This document shows, piece after piece, positions 52,101 to 63,573 of a DNA stretch of 64,000 nt (positions within the stretch are counted from its first letter, which is position 1; every line of letters begins with the position of its first letter). The DNA lies in assembly GCA_051362555.1 (NCBI GenBank), contig CM120644.1, positions 6,456,954 through 6,520,953 on the forward strand. Reading direction: 5' to 3'. Both the position numbers and the translations under genes were made by a program. This DNA comes from Lingula anatina. Lineage: Eukaryota > Animalia > Brachiopoda. The notes beneath the pieces are model-generated. The model saw only the letters and a program-made list of their open reading frames with translations. It had not been told where the DNA came from and did no database searches.

Positions 52101-54869
52101 CTTTGAATTGATCACAGGGTGATGAGGTAAGTACCAAACAGAATTGCTGTTGTTATGCAGATTTCTGTGGTCAATCTTCTGAGCGTGTCCTTTATCAATA
52201 TACTCCTGGAGAGCTTGAGTATACTTCTCTCGTAGTTTTTCGTCACGCTGTAAACGTCTTTTGAGCAGATTCAAGCGCTTTTCAGCTGCTGGCTTATTAT
52301 TGGGTAAGAGCTCGTCTGACTTCCAAGGAAGGGAAACTTGGTAATGTCCGTCAACAAATACTATGGACTCATCCATGATCCTCTTCGCTTTCTTATCTTC
52401 TAACGACATGCATTGGCTGTTGCTAACTGAAGATTCACTGAATTCACTGTTGTACATCTTGCTTAGTTGGGTAGAAATGGAATCGCAGCCTCTCAGAGAA
52501 TTGTCACATCCGAGTACCTGGTCTGCGTGAATGAAATTAACCGTGACGTCACCATCATTTGGTCTTTTCATGGGACCTAATATAGTCCATCCTAAAATCG
52601 TTCGGATCGCGTACGGTTGTTTCTTATCGCCTCGTCTCTCTTCTATGCGCCAATGAGCTTCAGGGTGATCATTACCGATGAGAATGGTAACTGTTTTGTC
52701 ATCTAGCTCCGGTAGTCGTACATCTTTCAAGTGGCTCCACTCTGAAATGTCGGAGTTATTTGGAATGTTCTTTTCACAGATGGGTAGTCTGTCGGTCGTC
52801 CAAACTTGATCTAGAATCAATCCTTGCTGGCTATTGATAGCTTTCACTTCTAGCTGTACTTCTTGTCCTTGGTTTACGCAACTTTCATCGTTAACTGTAC
52901 TGACACTGTACTGGATAGGTTTCCCACTGGCACCTAACTTTTCAGCTAAACTGTGTAAACATAAACTGTGATCAGATCCATTGTCTAGAAATGCATAAGT
53001 TTCAATAATCGGTCCACCATTGCCGCCGCTCACGGTCACTGGGACAATCTGTAGACTGATTCTTCTTCCTGTCGCTACCGCTGCACTCTGGACTGCAACT
53101 ACGGGGTCAGTAACAACAGACGTAGCGTTGGCACCAGGCTCACGTTGCAGTGCGGGGCTGTTGGCAGGTACACAGGGTGGGTGTAGTAACGCGTGATGTC
53201 GCTTGCCACATCCAGGGACTTGACACAATTGTTTCCATTGACACGTTCTCGCCGTGTGTGGAGGGTTGGACTGAAGACAATTGAAACACAGTTTGTTTTC
53301 CGACACAAAATTTTTCCTATCGCTGTAATTCATTCTAGCAAATTTGAAACATTGCTTGATAGTATGATTTCCAGAACAAAACACACACGGGTCTCTCTGG
53401 ACTGACGATGGCTGGGACTTGTTGGAGTTACTGTTGCTTTTCTCGGCAGGGTGAACGTTAGTGGCTAGGGTAGTGGTCTTATAGGACGGGTTGTGACAAC
53501 TGACCTTTGACTTAGGTTTCACATCCGGCTTGGATCCTACCAATTGTCCGAACCTTGTGTTGGCAATCTGTACCATTTCCTCCAGGTAATCTGCGAGATC
53601 CTTGAACTTGACCTCAATCCACTGATTCAACAATTTTCCGGAACGTTTGGCCCATCCAGCCTGGAGATATTGCGGTAATCGCCGGACCACTTTTTCCAGA
53701 GTATCCATAGAATTCAAATCTTCATAGTATCCCATCTTGGATGCTGTCATTTGGCACGTAGTCATGTCTCTTGAAAGCTTGGAGAGTCGTGTAACGTCTG
53801 ACGCTTTAATGGGAGGACCTGTTACTATTTTCTCCAACATATCTTTGATGATGATGTGTTTTTGTCCGAAATGAGTCTGTAATATGTTTCTAGCCTGGAA
53901 ATAACCTTCCTCTGGTTCAAGTATGACACAGCTTTTTATGGCTTCTTTGGCTTCACCTGTGCAGTACTGTATGAGGTATGACAGTTTACTTCTAAAGTCT
54001 GGTACTCTTTGTTCAATATTAGTCTCAAAGTTTCTTATGAAAGTCGGGTATGATACGGGATCACCATTGAAATACAAGTACTCACGTTTGGGCATTTCTT
54101 GGTTCAGCGTGATTTCTTGTAAAGCTCGTTGTTGTTGTTGTTGAAGTAAGTGTGCTACTTGGTCACTCATGGTAAGCTGACGTTGTTGCTCTATGGTAGA
54201 CGTACCTATTGACTGCGCTGTCATTGGTGTATATTCTGTTGCATGGGGGTTAAATGTCATCGCTGGATCTGTATGGGATGGCACAATGTACGGTTGCTGT
54301 AGCTGTGACGGTTGTGACGACTGGGCTGCCGTAGGAAACTGCTGTGGTTGATTTGTCCTTGACATCGGTTTCGGTTGAGTGGGCTCCGTCTCATATGATA
54401 CTCCTAATTGCTGAAGCTGTTGCGTGGAATGCGGGTGATGTGCATTCATGCGTGACCGCTGTTGCTCACTCTGCTGTTGCTGTTGTGCACTGATATGCTG
54501 ATGAGAAACATGATCGGAATTTGTCAGATTATGTGCATCAATAGTATCAACGTTACCTTCTTCCATGGAATTAAAGTAGCGATCAATCGTGAAGTTGTGT
54601 TCCGATAAAGATGCGTCTTCCTGAATTTCAGCCTCAATTTCCCGCCGTCTCACCTGGGCTCGTAGGGAAAGCATTCTCATTTCATCTTTAAGTTCTTGCT
54701 CACGATACCGACGCCTTAGTGCGGTTTCCGCTTCTTCGAATTCCAGCTGAGCATTAGCCATAGCGAGTGCTGCTTTTGTCCTTTGGGATTCTGATGCCGA
54801 ACGCAAACTGTTGGTTCTGAATCGTCTATGGGTTTGTCCGAAATCAAGTAAGCTGCCGTGGTACGCCAT
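49113..54869 (-). CDS. BEL/Pao gag-pol polyprotein
   Basis: Uninterrupted ORF, likely starting at MAYHGS. Gag with three Cys/His knuckles (CVFCSGNH, CFNCLQ...H...C, CQVPGCGKRHH), protease FLDNGS, RT FYVDD, Pao RNase H HHFSDAS/WTDS, integrase GVDYFGP/SDNGTNF/GGVWERLI. Confidence 0.97.
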   Translation of the reverse strand: MAYHGSLLDFGQTHRRFRTNSLRSASESQRTKAALAMANAQLEFEEAETALRRRYREQELKDEMRMLSLRAQVRRREIEAEIQEDASLSEHNFTIDRYFNSMEEGNVDTIDAHNLTNSDHVSHQHISAQQQQQSEQQRSRMNAHHPHSTQQLQQLGVSYETEPTQPKPMSRTNQPQQFPTAAQSSQPSQLQQPYIVPSHTDPAMTFNPHATEYTPMTAQSIGTSTIEQQRQLTMSDQVAHLLQQQQQRALQEITLNQEMPKREYLYFNGDPVSYPTFIRNFETNIEQRVPDFRSKLSYLIQYCTGEAKEAIKSCVILEPEEGYFQARNILQTHFGQKHIIIKDMLEKIVTGPPIKASDVTRLSKLSRDMTTCQMTASKMGYYEDLNSMDTLEKVVRRLPQYLQAGWAKRSGKLLNQWIEVKFKDLADYLEEMVQIANTRFGQLVGSKPDVKPKSKVSCHNPSYKTTTLATNVHPAEKSNSNSNKSQPSSVQRDPCVFCSGNHTIKQCFKFARMNYSDRKNFVSENKLCFNCLQSNPPHTARTCQWKQLCQVPGCGKRHHALLHPPCVPANSPALQREPGANATSVVTDPVVAVQSAAVATGRRISLQIVPVTVSGGNGGPIIETYAFLDNGSDHSLCLHSLAEKLGASGKPIQYSVSTVNDESCVNQGQEVQLEVKAINSQQGLILDQVWTTDRLPICEKNIPNNSDISEWSHLKDVRLPELDDKTVTILIGNDHPEAHWRIEERRGDKKQPYAIRTILGWTILGPMKRPNDGDVTVNFIHADQVLGCDNSLRGCDSISTQLSKMYNSEFSESSVSNSQCMSLEDKKAKRIMDESIVFVDGHYQVSLPWKSDELLPNNKPAAEKRLNLLKRRLQRDEKLREKYTQALQEYIDKGHAQKIDHRNLHNNSNSVWYLPHHPVINSKKSKIRVVFDCAAKYAGVSLNDSLLQGPDLTNSLIGVLLRFRQEKIAIVADIEQMYHQVRVHPGDRDALRFLWWPAGDLSKQPEEYQMLVHVFGATSSASCTVYALLKNAEDHGNDFDFQTVETVYRNFYVDDCLKSVETVDEAKMMITQLTSLLQKGGFHLTKWISNQEEVLSSVPTAEQAPSVRNVNFDKQPIEHALGVQWNIEKDTFGYCVRERDVKNTRRGILSFIASIYDPLGFAAPLILKPKQILQELCREGIAWDSDLPAEHLNAWTQWREGLDNLQRIEVPRCYKSAQLADIQSIELHHFSDASLSGYGIVSYLRFVDINQQVSCTIVMGKSRVAPLKTVTVPRMELTAATLSAKVHKQMMEELQLPIHRVVFWTDSTIVLQYIRNSATRFHVFVANRLQMIHDVSSPSQWYHVDSDQNPADYASRGIQLRSDNGDDIQRWLHGPAFLYQPEIHWPKQPDNLHEIPENDREVKRKSAQIHVTTSSEVLDGVERLLHHFSSWYALQKSVAWILRFKRYLLSRVRQLTVDRNNGPLTVQEIALATDAIVMYVQAKSFPKECNVVSSAMTKKPDSKGYVSPLRKLSPIKIDGILCVGGRLQNAAISTSQKHPKILPHDHHVTEIIVRHYHIKEGHVGAYHVLSVIRQEFWITRGLSTVKKVIRKCMVCRRWNAVPSSQVMAPLPRSRVTPGKPPFHSVGVDYFGPLLVKCGRRTNKRYGCIFTCMATRAVHLEISYNLSSDSFIQAVLRFISRRGPPCEIFSDNGTNFRGAEADLKRNLQQWNQEKISDSLLRRNIQWYFNPPNASHAGGVWERLIRSVRKIMRSILGNRLVDDETLLTVLAEVEKIMNDRPLIRKADHYYELETLSPNQLLLLRSNPCLPADNFTERDQYNEQWKHAQLIADQFWQRWIKEYLPVLQERQKWLRPAKNFEKGDFVLLIDENAFRGQWPKGLIEETFPDKYGHVRQVIVKTAKGRFRRDVRKLCLLEGNFV

Positions 54870-54912
54870 GATGGAAATTTCCGTGGGATGATTGAGAAAT
54901 GTTTTTACTTTA

Positions 54913-55407
54913 TATAGCACGCAAGGACTATATAGGTGTATTAAAAGTCAAAGAAAAGGCATGTGTTTTTCACTGGATCTTGGTTTATTCACATGGATTC
55001 ACAAGACACGTAAAAACTAAAAAAGAAGAAAAGAAAAAGAAAATTACAACAATGTTCTTACTAACGGTTATTTACGTGTTCAAATTTACTTACTCAAAAA
55101 ACTTATAAATTTCAATAATCACCAATAATAAATAACCAATCATCAATAATCAATAATAATCAATAAACAGTATTAAAACTCACCATTTCTGCCATTCCTT
55201 TAAACTATAAATTTCAAGTAGAAATAACAGATTCAAAAGTAAGAGTACTATGTGTTCCTCCTACGGAGACACTGTGATGAATGAAACAAAGTGCAAAACT
55301 CATGGGGCACCACCCTGAATGAAAAGTTGTCATTTATGCAAATGAATGCATTAGATGAGCCGGACACCAGGCTCCTCAATCACAACAAAAGTAAACTAAA
55401 CCTTACA
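54913..55407 (-). repeat. 5' LTR of the BEL element
   Basis: Minus strand reads TGTAAGG...GCTATA; contains AATAAA. Confidence 0.95.
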
Positions 55408-55690
55408 GTGCAGTTGAGCGAGAATCCCCTTGGAGATGGACCGGTCCCGCTAGATTGATCGATGTATGGGAATGGGTTCCTCGTTACTTAGCATAGCTCA
55501 CAAGCGTTAATTGCCCAGGGTCAGGACAATAGACAATAAATTCGACTTAAGTTCACTGCACCTAAATTACCTATAATTTCAGGATAATTGCCCTGTACTT
55601 AAGACAGGCCTGTTATTATAGGATAAACTTAAAATCGCACCAAGCGATTCCTTGAGGATGTATACGTAAAAGAATCACTGCTGGTACAAT

Positions 55691-58600
55691 CAAGGAGTTA
55701 TAACAGAAGGAGATTACACGCGTGGGGGCGGAGCCCGTATTACGGTCTCTCATTGGTCGGAATGAATAGAACCCAGAGAACAATGGATGCCTATCTCTGT
55801 TACGCTTAATTGTTTCTCTCGTTTAAATCTCGTTTGTTAGTATCTGTGCCTTCGTCTGTTGATTTTTGAGGACAGAAACAGAAACGGAGTCCCAAGTTTC
55901 TAAAAAATGAGAGAAATACAGAATTTATATGATATTACGTTGGACAAGGTTTTCAAAAAACAGGTAAGTGCTTTTAAATGCATAACTACACGAAATATGA
56001 AGATAAATTGCAACTTTTATGTCGTAGGGTCTCACTGTGTAAGTGTCCAGCTACACGTTGATCTCGCGAGGTGGTGTGTGGAGAATAAATATTGCACGAA
56101 AAATATTTCCCACTCATAACAAGTGCCTATAAATATAGTATCAGATGAAGAAAGTTTGGTCTTTATACAGTTGCAATTGTTAAGTAATTCGTGGCAATAG
56201 CAAAGAATAAAACTTAGGTGCACTTTCAGTAGCCGAATAACAAGCAGATGCTTAAGCCGCCATCTTGTTAATATTTCGAAAAAAAATTACTCCAAAAGAC
56301 ATTTTCCTCCTACTTTTTGAAACTTGTGTCACATGACAGTCATAAAATTTAACTAATTGTTATGTGTGCAACACACTTGCTTGAGCAGTATTGTTTTTTT
56401 TTTGCGATTTTACATGTGGTCTAGCTTGGATACGACAATTGACAATTTTCATGAGTTCCGATCAAAAAGTGTTACGCTTGTTACGGCCAAAAGCCTTACC
56501 GCTTTTTGTACTTTTCAAATGCAAGATTATAAAAAATTTTGGTGTGTTTAGATTCTTGAACATCTTGGTCGTGGCGTGGTATATATTGCATGGATACTGC
56601 TCCAATATTTCTTGAAAAAAATAACCTGATTTGTTCAGAATACCAATTTTTTACTCTAGTGTTATGGGTAAATGTACCATTTTGGCCTTTACCTTTTTCA
56701 TGTTTAAATCTAAAAAGACTTATCATGACAGTTGGTCATCATTTTTCTTCTCACCATGGTGGGTGGCTTTGGAGTGGTAACTTTGTTGTTAAAGTAAAGT
56801 GCTCAGTTTTTTTGACTGGCAAATTTTGCCTCCACCCAGCATTTTCCATCATGGCGGTCTAACAGGAAGTTTGACTTCACAGTGTCTTTGGTATAGTTAT
56901 TTTTAACTTATTTAGTCTTCTTTTTACATATATATGTTTTAATTCATATTAAACTTTTGAAAAAAGAACACACATGAATCCTGGTGCTTCCTTATTTAAA
57001 GTCTTAAGGTTTTAAGTACACCTAGGCTCCACCAATTACTTTACCTGTTATCTCACTACACATCTCTCTTTGAGTCAAGGTGTGTAAAACACACCTTATT
57101 GTCTAAGACACCTCTATAATTAAGGGGTACTTGCTTCTCTACTTAAATTATACTTCACTACTTTGGCATGTTAGGTGGCAAGCTTGGATGTTTCAGTTCA
57201 TTTTAAGAAAGAAGCTTTGCCTTGGTGGTTACAAAGGAATAGAACTCTATTAAGGTTTATTCATTACTTGAAATTAAATATTTCATCTTGTAGTGTTGAA
57301 ACAGAAATTCTCTCAAAATTGATAATGAATATGACATGCATATCTTAACACTACTCAAGTTTTTTTTCTATTATAGATATGGGAGAAGGCTGCATTGAAT
57401 ATATGAATTATGGTCAGGCTGGAAAAATTAAAATATGTCAATGAAAAAAGGAGGTCAGTGTGTCTGGGGTAAGTTACTTTTGTCATAATGCCTAAGATGC
57501 ATTAAACATTCACTAACAACAGTACCCTTTTTATTTTTTTTTCAAAATACAACAACCTTGGGCATTTTCCTTTTAGCAACCAGCCTCTCTGAAATCCCTT
57601 TTTTGTCCTGTCAGAAGAGTAGGAACCAGGGCGGATTTAAATAATTTATTTTAATAAGTACAATTTCTTTCTATTTCTTGGGGTTATTAGCTTGTGATCA
57701 TGAATCTTGATGTTCTAAATAAATTTAGTTGTAAATTGTTCATTATTTCAGTCAAGTCATAACAAGACACATTAAACTTCACTGCGTAATTCCATAATGT
57801 CTACATGGATACTAGTAGTTCATAATGCTATTATTATGTTTTTTTTTCTAACCTACAGGTTTCTCTCTTTTCTGAGTGGCATGGCATTAGCAAGGCAGAA
57901 GAAAAGGCCCTGAAGAAATTCTCACTTGAGTTGTCCTTTTTGGAGAAGAAACTGGATAAGACTGGCCAACAGAGATTGGATTAAATTAATAGTGCTCCTT
58001 TATGACATTTTAAAATATTTTCAGTCACCTAACTGACTCTATACATTGCAAAAGTGGACATAAATTTTATGTTACTGTTATGTGGAAAAAAATTCAAAAC
58101 CTATATATAAATTGTTGAGTGCCATGGTATAACAGTCTACCTGATTGCCAGTGAAATTTCTGTTTCAGTGAAATTTCTTTAAAGCAGTCACTTACTGCTT
58201 ACTTACCAGTTAATTTTTTCAGCTGTTACATTTTATAAATGTTCTTACTAAGTGTTGTCTTGATCTATAATAACCTTTTGAAAATCCCATGTTTTTTATC
58301 CTATTTGTAAGAATTAACCACTTTATCTTCTAGGATTTTTTTTCATTCGGCCCATTAGATTCTCAGACCTTGCTGGCCTGTAAGTGGAATAGTATCTGGC
58401 ACAGACTGGTATCAGCAAGTCAGATAAAAAAGAATATAATTATTTCTATTTGCACGGTTGAAAAAAATGCCATCATAGACTGCATAAAACTGGAAAACTG
58501 TAGCAACTTAATCATTCTCATGACTTCATTTATTACTGCTTATGTGTAAAATTTTTGTTTTTGTTCTTCTATTGATATAATAAAATGGTTTTACTCACAG

Positions 58601-59531
58601 ATGCTACTTTCATGAGTATAGAGTATAGAGTGCTTGAGTATAGAGTTGACTTAAAAGATATTTTAAGTTAATATAGTAAATAATAGTTTGAAATTCAATA
58701 TTCTCATCTTTATTTGTTTCACTTTAAAAGGCTCAGTGAATACTAAAATTTCTGATATATTTTGTACATAAATATATTTATGAATGAATAAAATTTATTC
58801 TTAATGTATAGCACTATGCACTTGTTTACCGACAAATATGAACAGTGTTAGTACGGGTCAAATAATCCTGAAAAAAAGGGAAATTTCCAAGATAAAGAAA
58901 TTTATAACGAGTATTCAGTAAACTGACGTGTCGTGGAATTGCCTCAATCTTGGATTAAATCATACCGAGTGAGAGAAAAAATACTTTAAGAAATTTAAAA
59001 CCAGACACAAAGCGTAGGCACTGTCACAAGGTATATGTTTATGGGACCCAAGGGCAGGAGGGTCCAAACGTTAATGTATTAATATTATGTCCTTTGGCAG
59101 TGAGGACAGACGTTCACTTGAATGTCATTTTCACAAACCACAGTTGGGACGTACGTTTTCTTTTGACTTCTCCTTGGTGATTTTTCACCGGGTTGTGCCA
59201 TAAAAAAGCCATCTATCACCGACTAAAAAAAGCTCATGGCGACCATCCTCAGTCACCACCTTATAATCGCTTTCTATGATATCGTTCCCTTCCAGCACAT
59301 CGTCCAAATAATTACCTGTGAAAAAAATCGTCAGCATACAGCGGCGCTTTGACATTACTGATCTCGAATTCTAACGCGAAATAACGCATATGAAATATAT
59401 CTCCAAGCTGAGGAGAGCGACGCAGACGAAACCTTGAGACCGGAGGCCCCCCGTAGCTAGCTCCGCCCACCGTAACAGACATCGGACAATAGAAAGGCTT
59501 GCGTGTAATCTCCTTCTGTTATAACTCCTTG
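55691..59531. mobile_element. Non-autonomous P-element-like DNA transposon, 3.84 kb
   Basis: 31-bp perfect TIR CAAGGAGTTATAACAGAAGGAGATTACACGC; 7-bp TSD GTACAAT (55684-55690 and 59532-59538). CANRG termini with a 7-8 bp TSD fit the P superfamily. No transposase or THAP ORF seen. Confidence 0.8.
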
Positions 59532-59812
59532 GTACAATGTACGATATGGTTATGGAAATAGTCTCCTAGACGTTTTTGTTATCATGCAAGGGCACATAAC
59601 CACTGAACCGCGTTGACAAACCAAGAGAGTCAGCATTTACATAAACCAGAGGTACATGTAGAAGCCTTTTGGTTATTGTTATCCTTCTTTTTATTGTTCT
59701 TCCTGAGTGATTTAGATAGCCGGCTATTTTTCTTGTCTAAAACTTGCATTTAATTTTCAGAACTTTCTCTACTTTACACATATCGTATATCCCTTTTTCT
59801 GTTTAGATTGAT

Positions 59813-59846
59813 CTTGGACCTAAATAGAGATCTATTTAGGTCCAAG
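59813..59846. repeat. 34-bp palindrome, possible minimal MITE
   Basis: CTTGGACCTAAATAGA-GA-TCTATTTAGGTCCAAG flanked by GATTGAT / GATTGGT. Confidence 0.7.
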
Positions 59847-62595
59847 GATTGGTCTTATGATATTTTATTTCATTGAACAACCAAATTGCTGCTATAAGCA
59901 CGAAATGAATATAATTCTTATAAAAACCGATGCATATCTACGATCATATGAGATATCCTCGCTACTTGTGCAGCTATACTGACTGGAAATCGGTTACTAC
60001 TTAACATGTAATTAATTTTAGATTCAGGATTTTGACAGGGTACTGGTAGGGGCACTGGTATATGAGAAAACTAAAATTATCTTGCTTTGCTTGACAGGTA
60101 TTGAGTAAATTAGGATAGTTTGAATTAATGTGAAAGGCAAAAGGTTTGGTAAAAGTTCACCTTTTTATTAAGGTGTGCTAGAGAGAAAAAATGGGTTGCT
60201 TTTAAAACTAATTGGGATAATGCAAAATTGAATTGACACATTGTTCTTCCACTCAGTATCAACCAACTAACCCCAAGTAGGACACTATAGCTACATGTAT
60301 TCTCATTACATATATCATGAATACGATTGTTGCTCTATGGGGAAAGTAATTGCCCGAACTAAACAAACATACGTGCCAGATTGTAGCAATTCAGTACCCT
60401 TGTTTTCCTTCTGAAACGCACAGTTATCTTCCATGTGAGACATATAAGTAATGAAAATATCCTACCTTGTGTATAGCGTGGGTTCTGTTGGTCGGACAAG
60501 TGGTTTGCTGGCAATTCATAATTGAGACTGACAGAATATCTTATTTACGCTGTCACTTCTCGCCCCCAAATGACGTGCGCACTTCTGCCATGATTGTGAC
60601 AGGGCCACGCCCTTTCCTCTCCACCGCCCCGCCCCTTTTTTGAAGTTGATGTTAATTTCTCACTCAGACATGAACGCGAGACGCCGTTTAATTCTTGATT
60701 GCCTTATCTGGGTGTGGTTTTTACCTACTCCGTGATTGCAAGCGTGTTCAAATTAAGTTGACTGGGGTATTATTATTACATCAATTCAAATGTCAAAACA
60801 GAAAAGAGGAGTAAATGCACTTTTGTTTGACCTGACGGCGGTCGCGGAGAGACACGGACTGTTTTGTAAACAGTGAAGTGAGGTATCCTTGACTTAAGCG
60901 CCATCCAGAAAATAAGAAATGTTGATGGGTAAGTACTGTGTATAATAGGTTGTTTAGTTCACAGTAGATGGTGTCTCTGTTATACCTTAGAGCAGTTCCG
61001 TTTACTCGGCATTTTCACCATAATAAATTCATTTAAACCATAAGTATGTATCTGCATTGTAATTGGCGGTAATTGATTGATGGAAGGTTAGTGATATTAG
61101 GAGGGTAATATTTGTGTGTTGTTTTATGAATAGAGATACTCCAAACCCGGATTCTGTTAAAAGCGCATCCACTTATCACATCTAACACATTGTAAACTGT
61201 GAGCTGTGGTACGTTTCAAAATATCGATTCCGAAGTTCATCATTATTACGTTTGTAAATATGTAAGCATTAACGAATACTGACGCTTCCAGTTCAACAGT
61301 CTACAAATCAATTTATCCTTATAAATTAACTAGACTGTAAAATTAATTTAAAAAGTAATTGGAGATCGCTACAGGAGTATAGACAGATCTAATTTAGTCC
61401 TTTTCTGACCTATCCTGAACATTCTTCCAAACTTGGTCCACGGCCTTCTAATATACTATCCGCGTTAAAGTGTTCCTTCCACAGAAATATTATCTATGTC
61501 TGAATACCCTACAAAGCTACATGTGCTTATTAAACTGGACGGCATTGACGTCTGAGCATCACGGAGCAACATTGAGAAATAAAAAGTTAAATCAAAAACA
61601 TAAAACATCAAATCTAAGTGCAACGTCGGGTCGAACAAAGGTTAACGCGAGTAGGCGAAAAATTTGAATTTCCTGATAAAGCGTTTGGTAAGGCGCTGAA
61701 TAAAAACAGTTGATAGTTGATAATCAAAATTTCAATAAGTTAACGCCAAAAATTCGCTTCAATGCGTATTTAAGGCGAAAATCACTTCAGCAAATTTTAT
61801 AATTAGGCGGTTGTTAAAAAAGACTACAAAGCTCATACGTTTTCTAAAATAAGTACAACAATCAATTGCAAAATTACAAGAAATCTCATCCACTTTCATT
61901 TTATGAAATTTGATAACTAGAGGTTAGATAACTACGATAAAAGTATCAAATTCCATCTTTTAACCTTACCCAGAAAATTCACAGGTCGTCGTAAACATTA
62001 TAGCAGGCAACGTTAGTATTTGGCAGAAAGATAAAATTCTGGATCTAAAGAGGAACAGCCAGAGAGATGATTCGAAGTTAAATAGATATTACCGGCTCTT
62101 ACAACTTGAAATAACTACATTAAAAAGCATGAATTTATTACCATAGCAATATAAAAAATAATAGAAATTGGTGGTATAGTACATAACAATCGAATAGAAA
62201 ATAAACTCCGCATTTAGGAAGAGCTAAGATTAGATTAATTCCAGAGACAAATCTTCAATCCACATCTTACTCTTTTACTTATGGGAATTTTTCATGCTTT
62301 CAGCACCATCTATTCATATCCAATGGACATTTTGTGAAAGAAAAATAATACATGTGCGGGGACACGCACACACGGCTACACACTAGTTAAAAAATCGTCC
62401 TTCTTTCGCCATATTAATTAGCATATTTTGATTTTTAGACTAGGTTAGAACCTTGCAAATATGGTAAATGTCTATAAAGTTAATGTCACTAAAAAGAGAG
62501 TTAATGTTCGGAGGAAAAATGCATCTTTCTTATCCGAGGTTGCAGCACGCATGCGCAAAGGCTCAATCCTGACTTCTCCTTTATGAGACAGCGCA

Positions 62596-63573
62596 TCACA
62601 GAGCACTGGACTCTGTAACCTTCGAGGCAGGACGGACCCTCTTACTGCCAACAGCCTCTAGAAACGTCTTCCTAAACTGCCGGTATCTGATCACGTAAAT
62701 AACAGGATTCACCGCAGAGTTCAGAACCGTCAGCTGAACAAGCGCCAATCGAATCTTTAATGTGAGAGGATTATAGTTCATGAAAGTGTAACTATGAACG
62801 CCGAGCATTACTATAATAGGTGTCCAACACGTGAAAAAGCACGCCAACACAAGAGCAACCGTGCGTGATAGTTTAGCAATTTTGTGCTTGTCATGTGACA
62901 ATGAATTTATTTGCGCATGCTCGATTTTAATGTACATGAAGAGTATCCCTGCGGCGTTAAATACGAAAAATGGTACAAGGACCCAACTTATGTAGATCTC
63001 CGGGATGACCAAGGACAATTCACACTCTTTGTCCTTTTCAAATGACCAATCCTTATGCCAGAAAATCGGCATGACAAATCCAAGAACAAATGCTGGAATC
63101 CATATTGAGAGAGCCACACCAACGAACCACGCTTTTTTGTTGCGTGACATATGCTTTAGTGGGTATATTATGGCAAAATATCTGTCTACTGTAATCATGA
63201 AAAGCGACAGAACTGATGCCATGCCGGGGAAAAATACGAGAGCATACCATAAGGTACAAATATAAATGTCCTCAAATAAGTAATCGTACGATACCGTAGC
63301 TGCATGAAAGATGAGGGTCAGCCCAGCAACTAGGTCCGTAACTGTTAATTGTACCATCATAACACTGTTACTTGTCCGTAATCTTTTCACTCGGCAGTAT
63401 GCCACGAGCACTATACAGTTGCCGACGCAGATTAAAACCATTAACATAATGAAAACTGATATCATCCAAGGTTTACTCCATTTTGTGACTGCTGCTGTCG
63501 AGTTCTCAACACTGGTTGAATTTGTCCCTATGTTGGAAAAAGTCTTTAAAATTCCTTCAACTGTATCATTCAT
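62596..63573 (-). CDS. Class A (rhodopsin-like) GPCR, copy 2, intact, 325 aa
   Basis: Seven hydrophobic segments; GN (TM1), LTVTD (TM2), DRY, CWTP, NSAVNPVIY; N-terminal N-glycosylation sites. Single coding exon with a 5' UTR acceptor (ttttgcag) at ~63648. Confidence 0.93.
   Translation of the reverse strand: MNDTVEGILKTFSNIGTNSTSVENSTAAVTKWSKPWMISVFIMLMVLICVGNCIVLVAYCRVKRLRTSNSVMMVQLTVTDLVAGLTLIFHAATVSYDYLFEDIYICTLWYALVFFPGMASVLSLFMITVDRYFAIIYPLKHMSRNKKAWFVGVALSIWIPAFVLGFVMPIFWHKDWSFEKDKECELSLVIPEIYISWVLVPFFVFNAAGILFMYIKIEHAQINSLSHDKHKIAKLSRTVALVLACFFTCWTPIIVMLGVHSYTFMNYNPLTLKIRLALVQLTVLNSAVNPVIYVIRYRQFRKTFLEAVGSKRVRPASKVTESSAL

Larger units (their letters stand above)
48498..55407 (-). mobile_element. 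Full-length BEL/Pao LTR retrotransposon
   Basis: 495-bp LTRs; 5-bp TSD GTGCA (48493-48497 and 55408-55412); single gag-pol ORF; PPT-like ggtggccggta next to the 3' LTR. Confidence 0.97.
48301..55481. mobile_element. ~270-bp palindromic MITE split by the BEL insertion
   Basis: 48301-48370 (cattcccatacctagatcaatctagcg...aactgc) is an imperfect inverted repeat of 55410-55481. Internal hairpin ctactgaagctg...cagcttcagtag at ~48403-48451. Confidence 0.7.
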
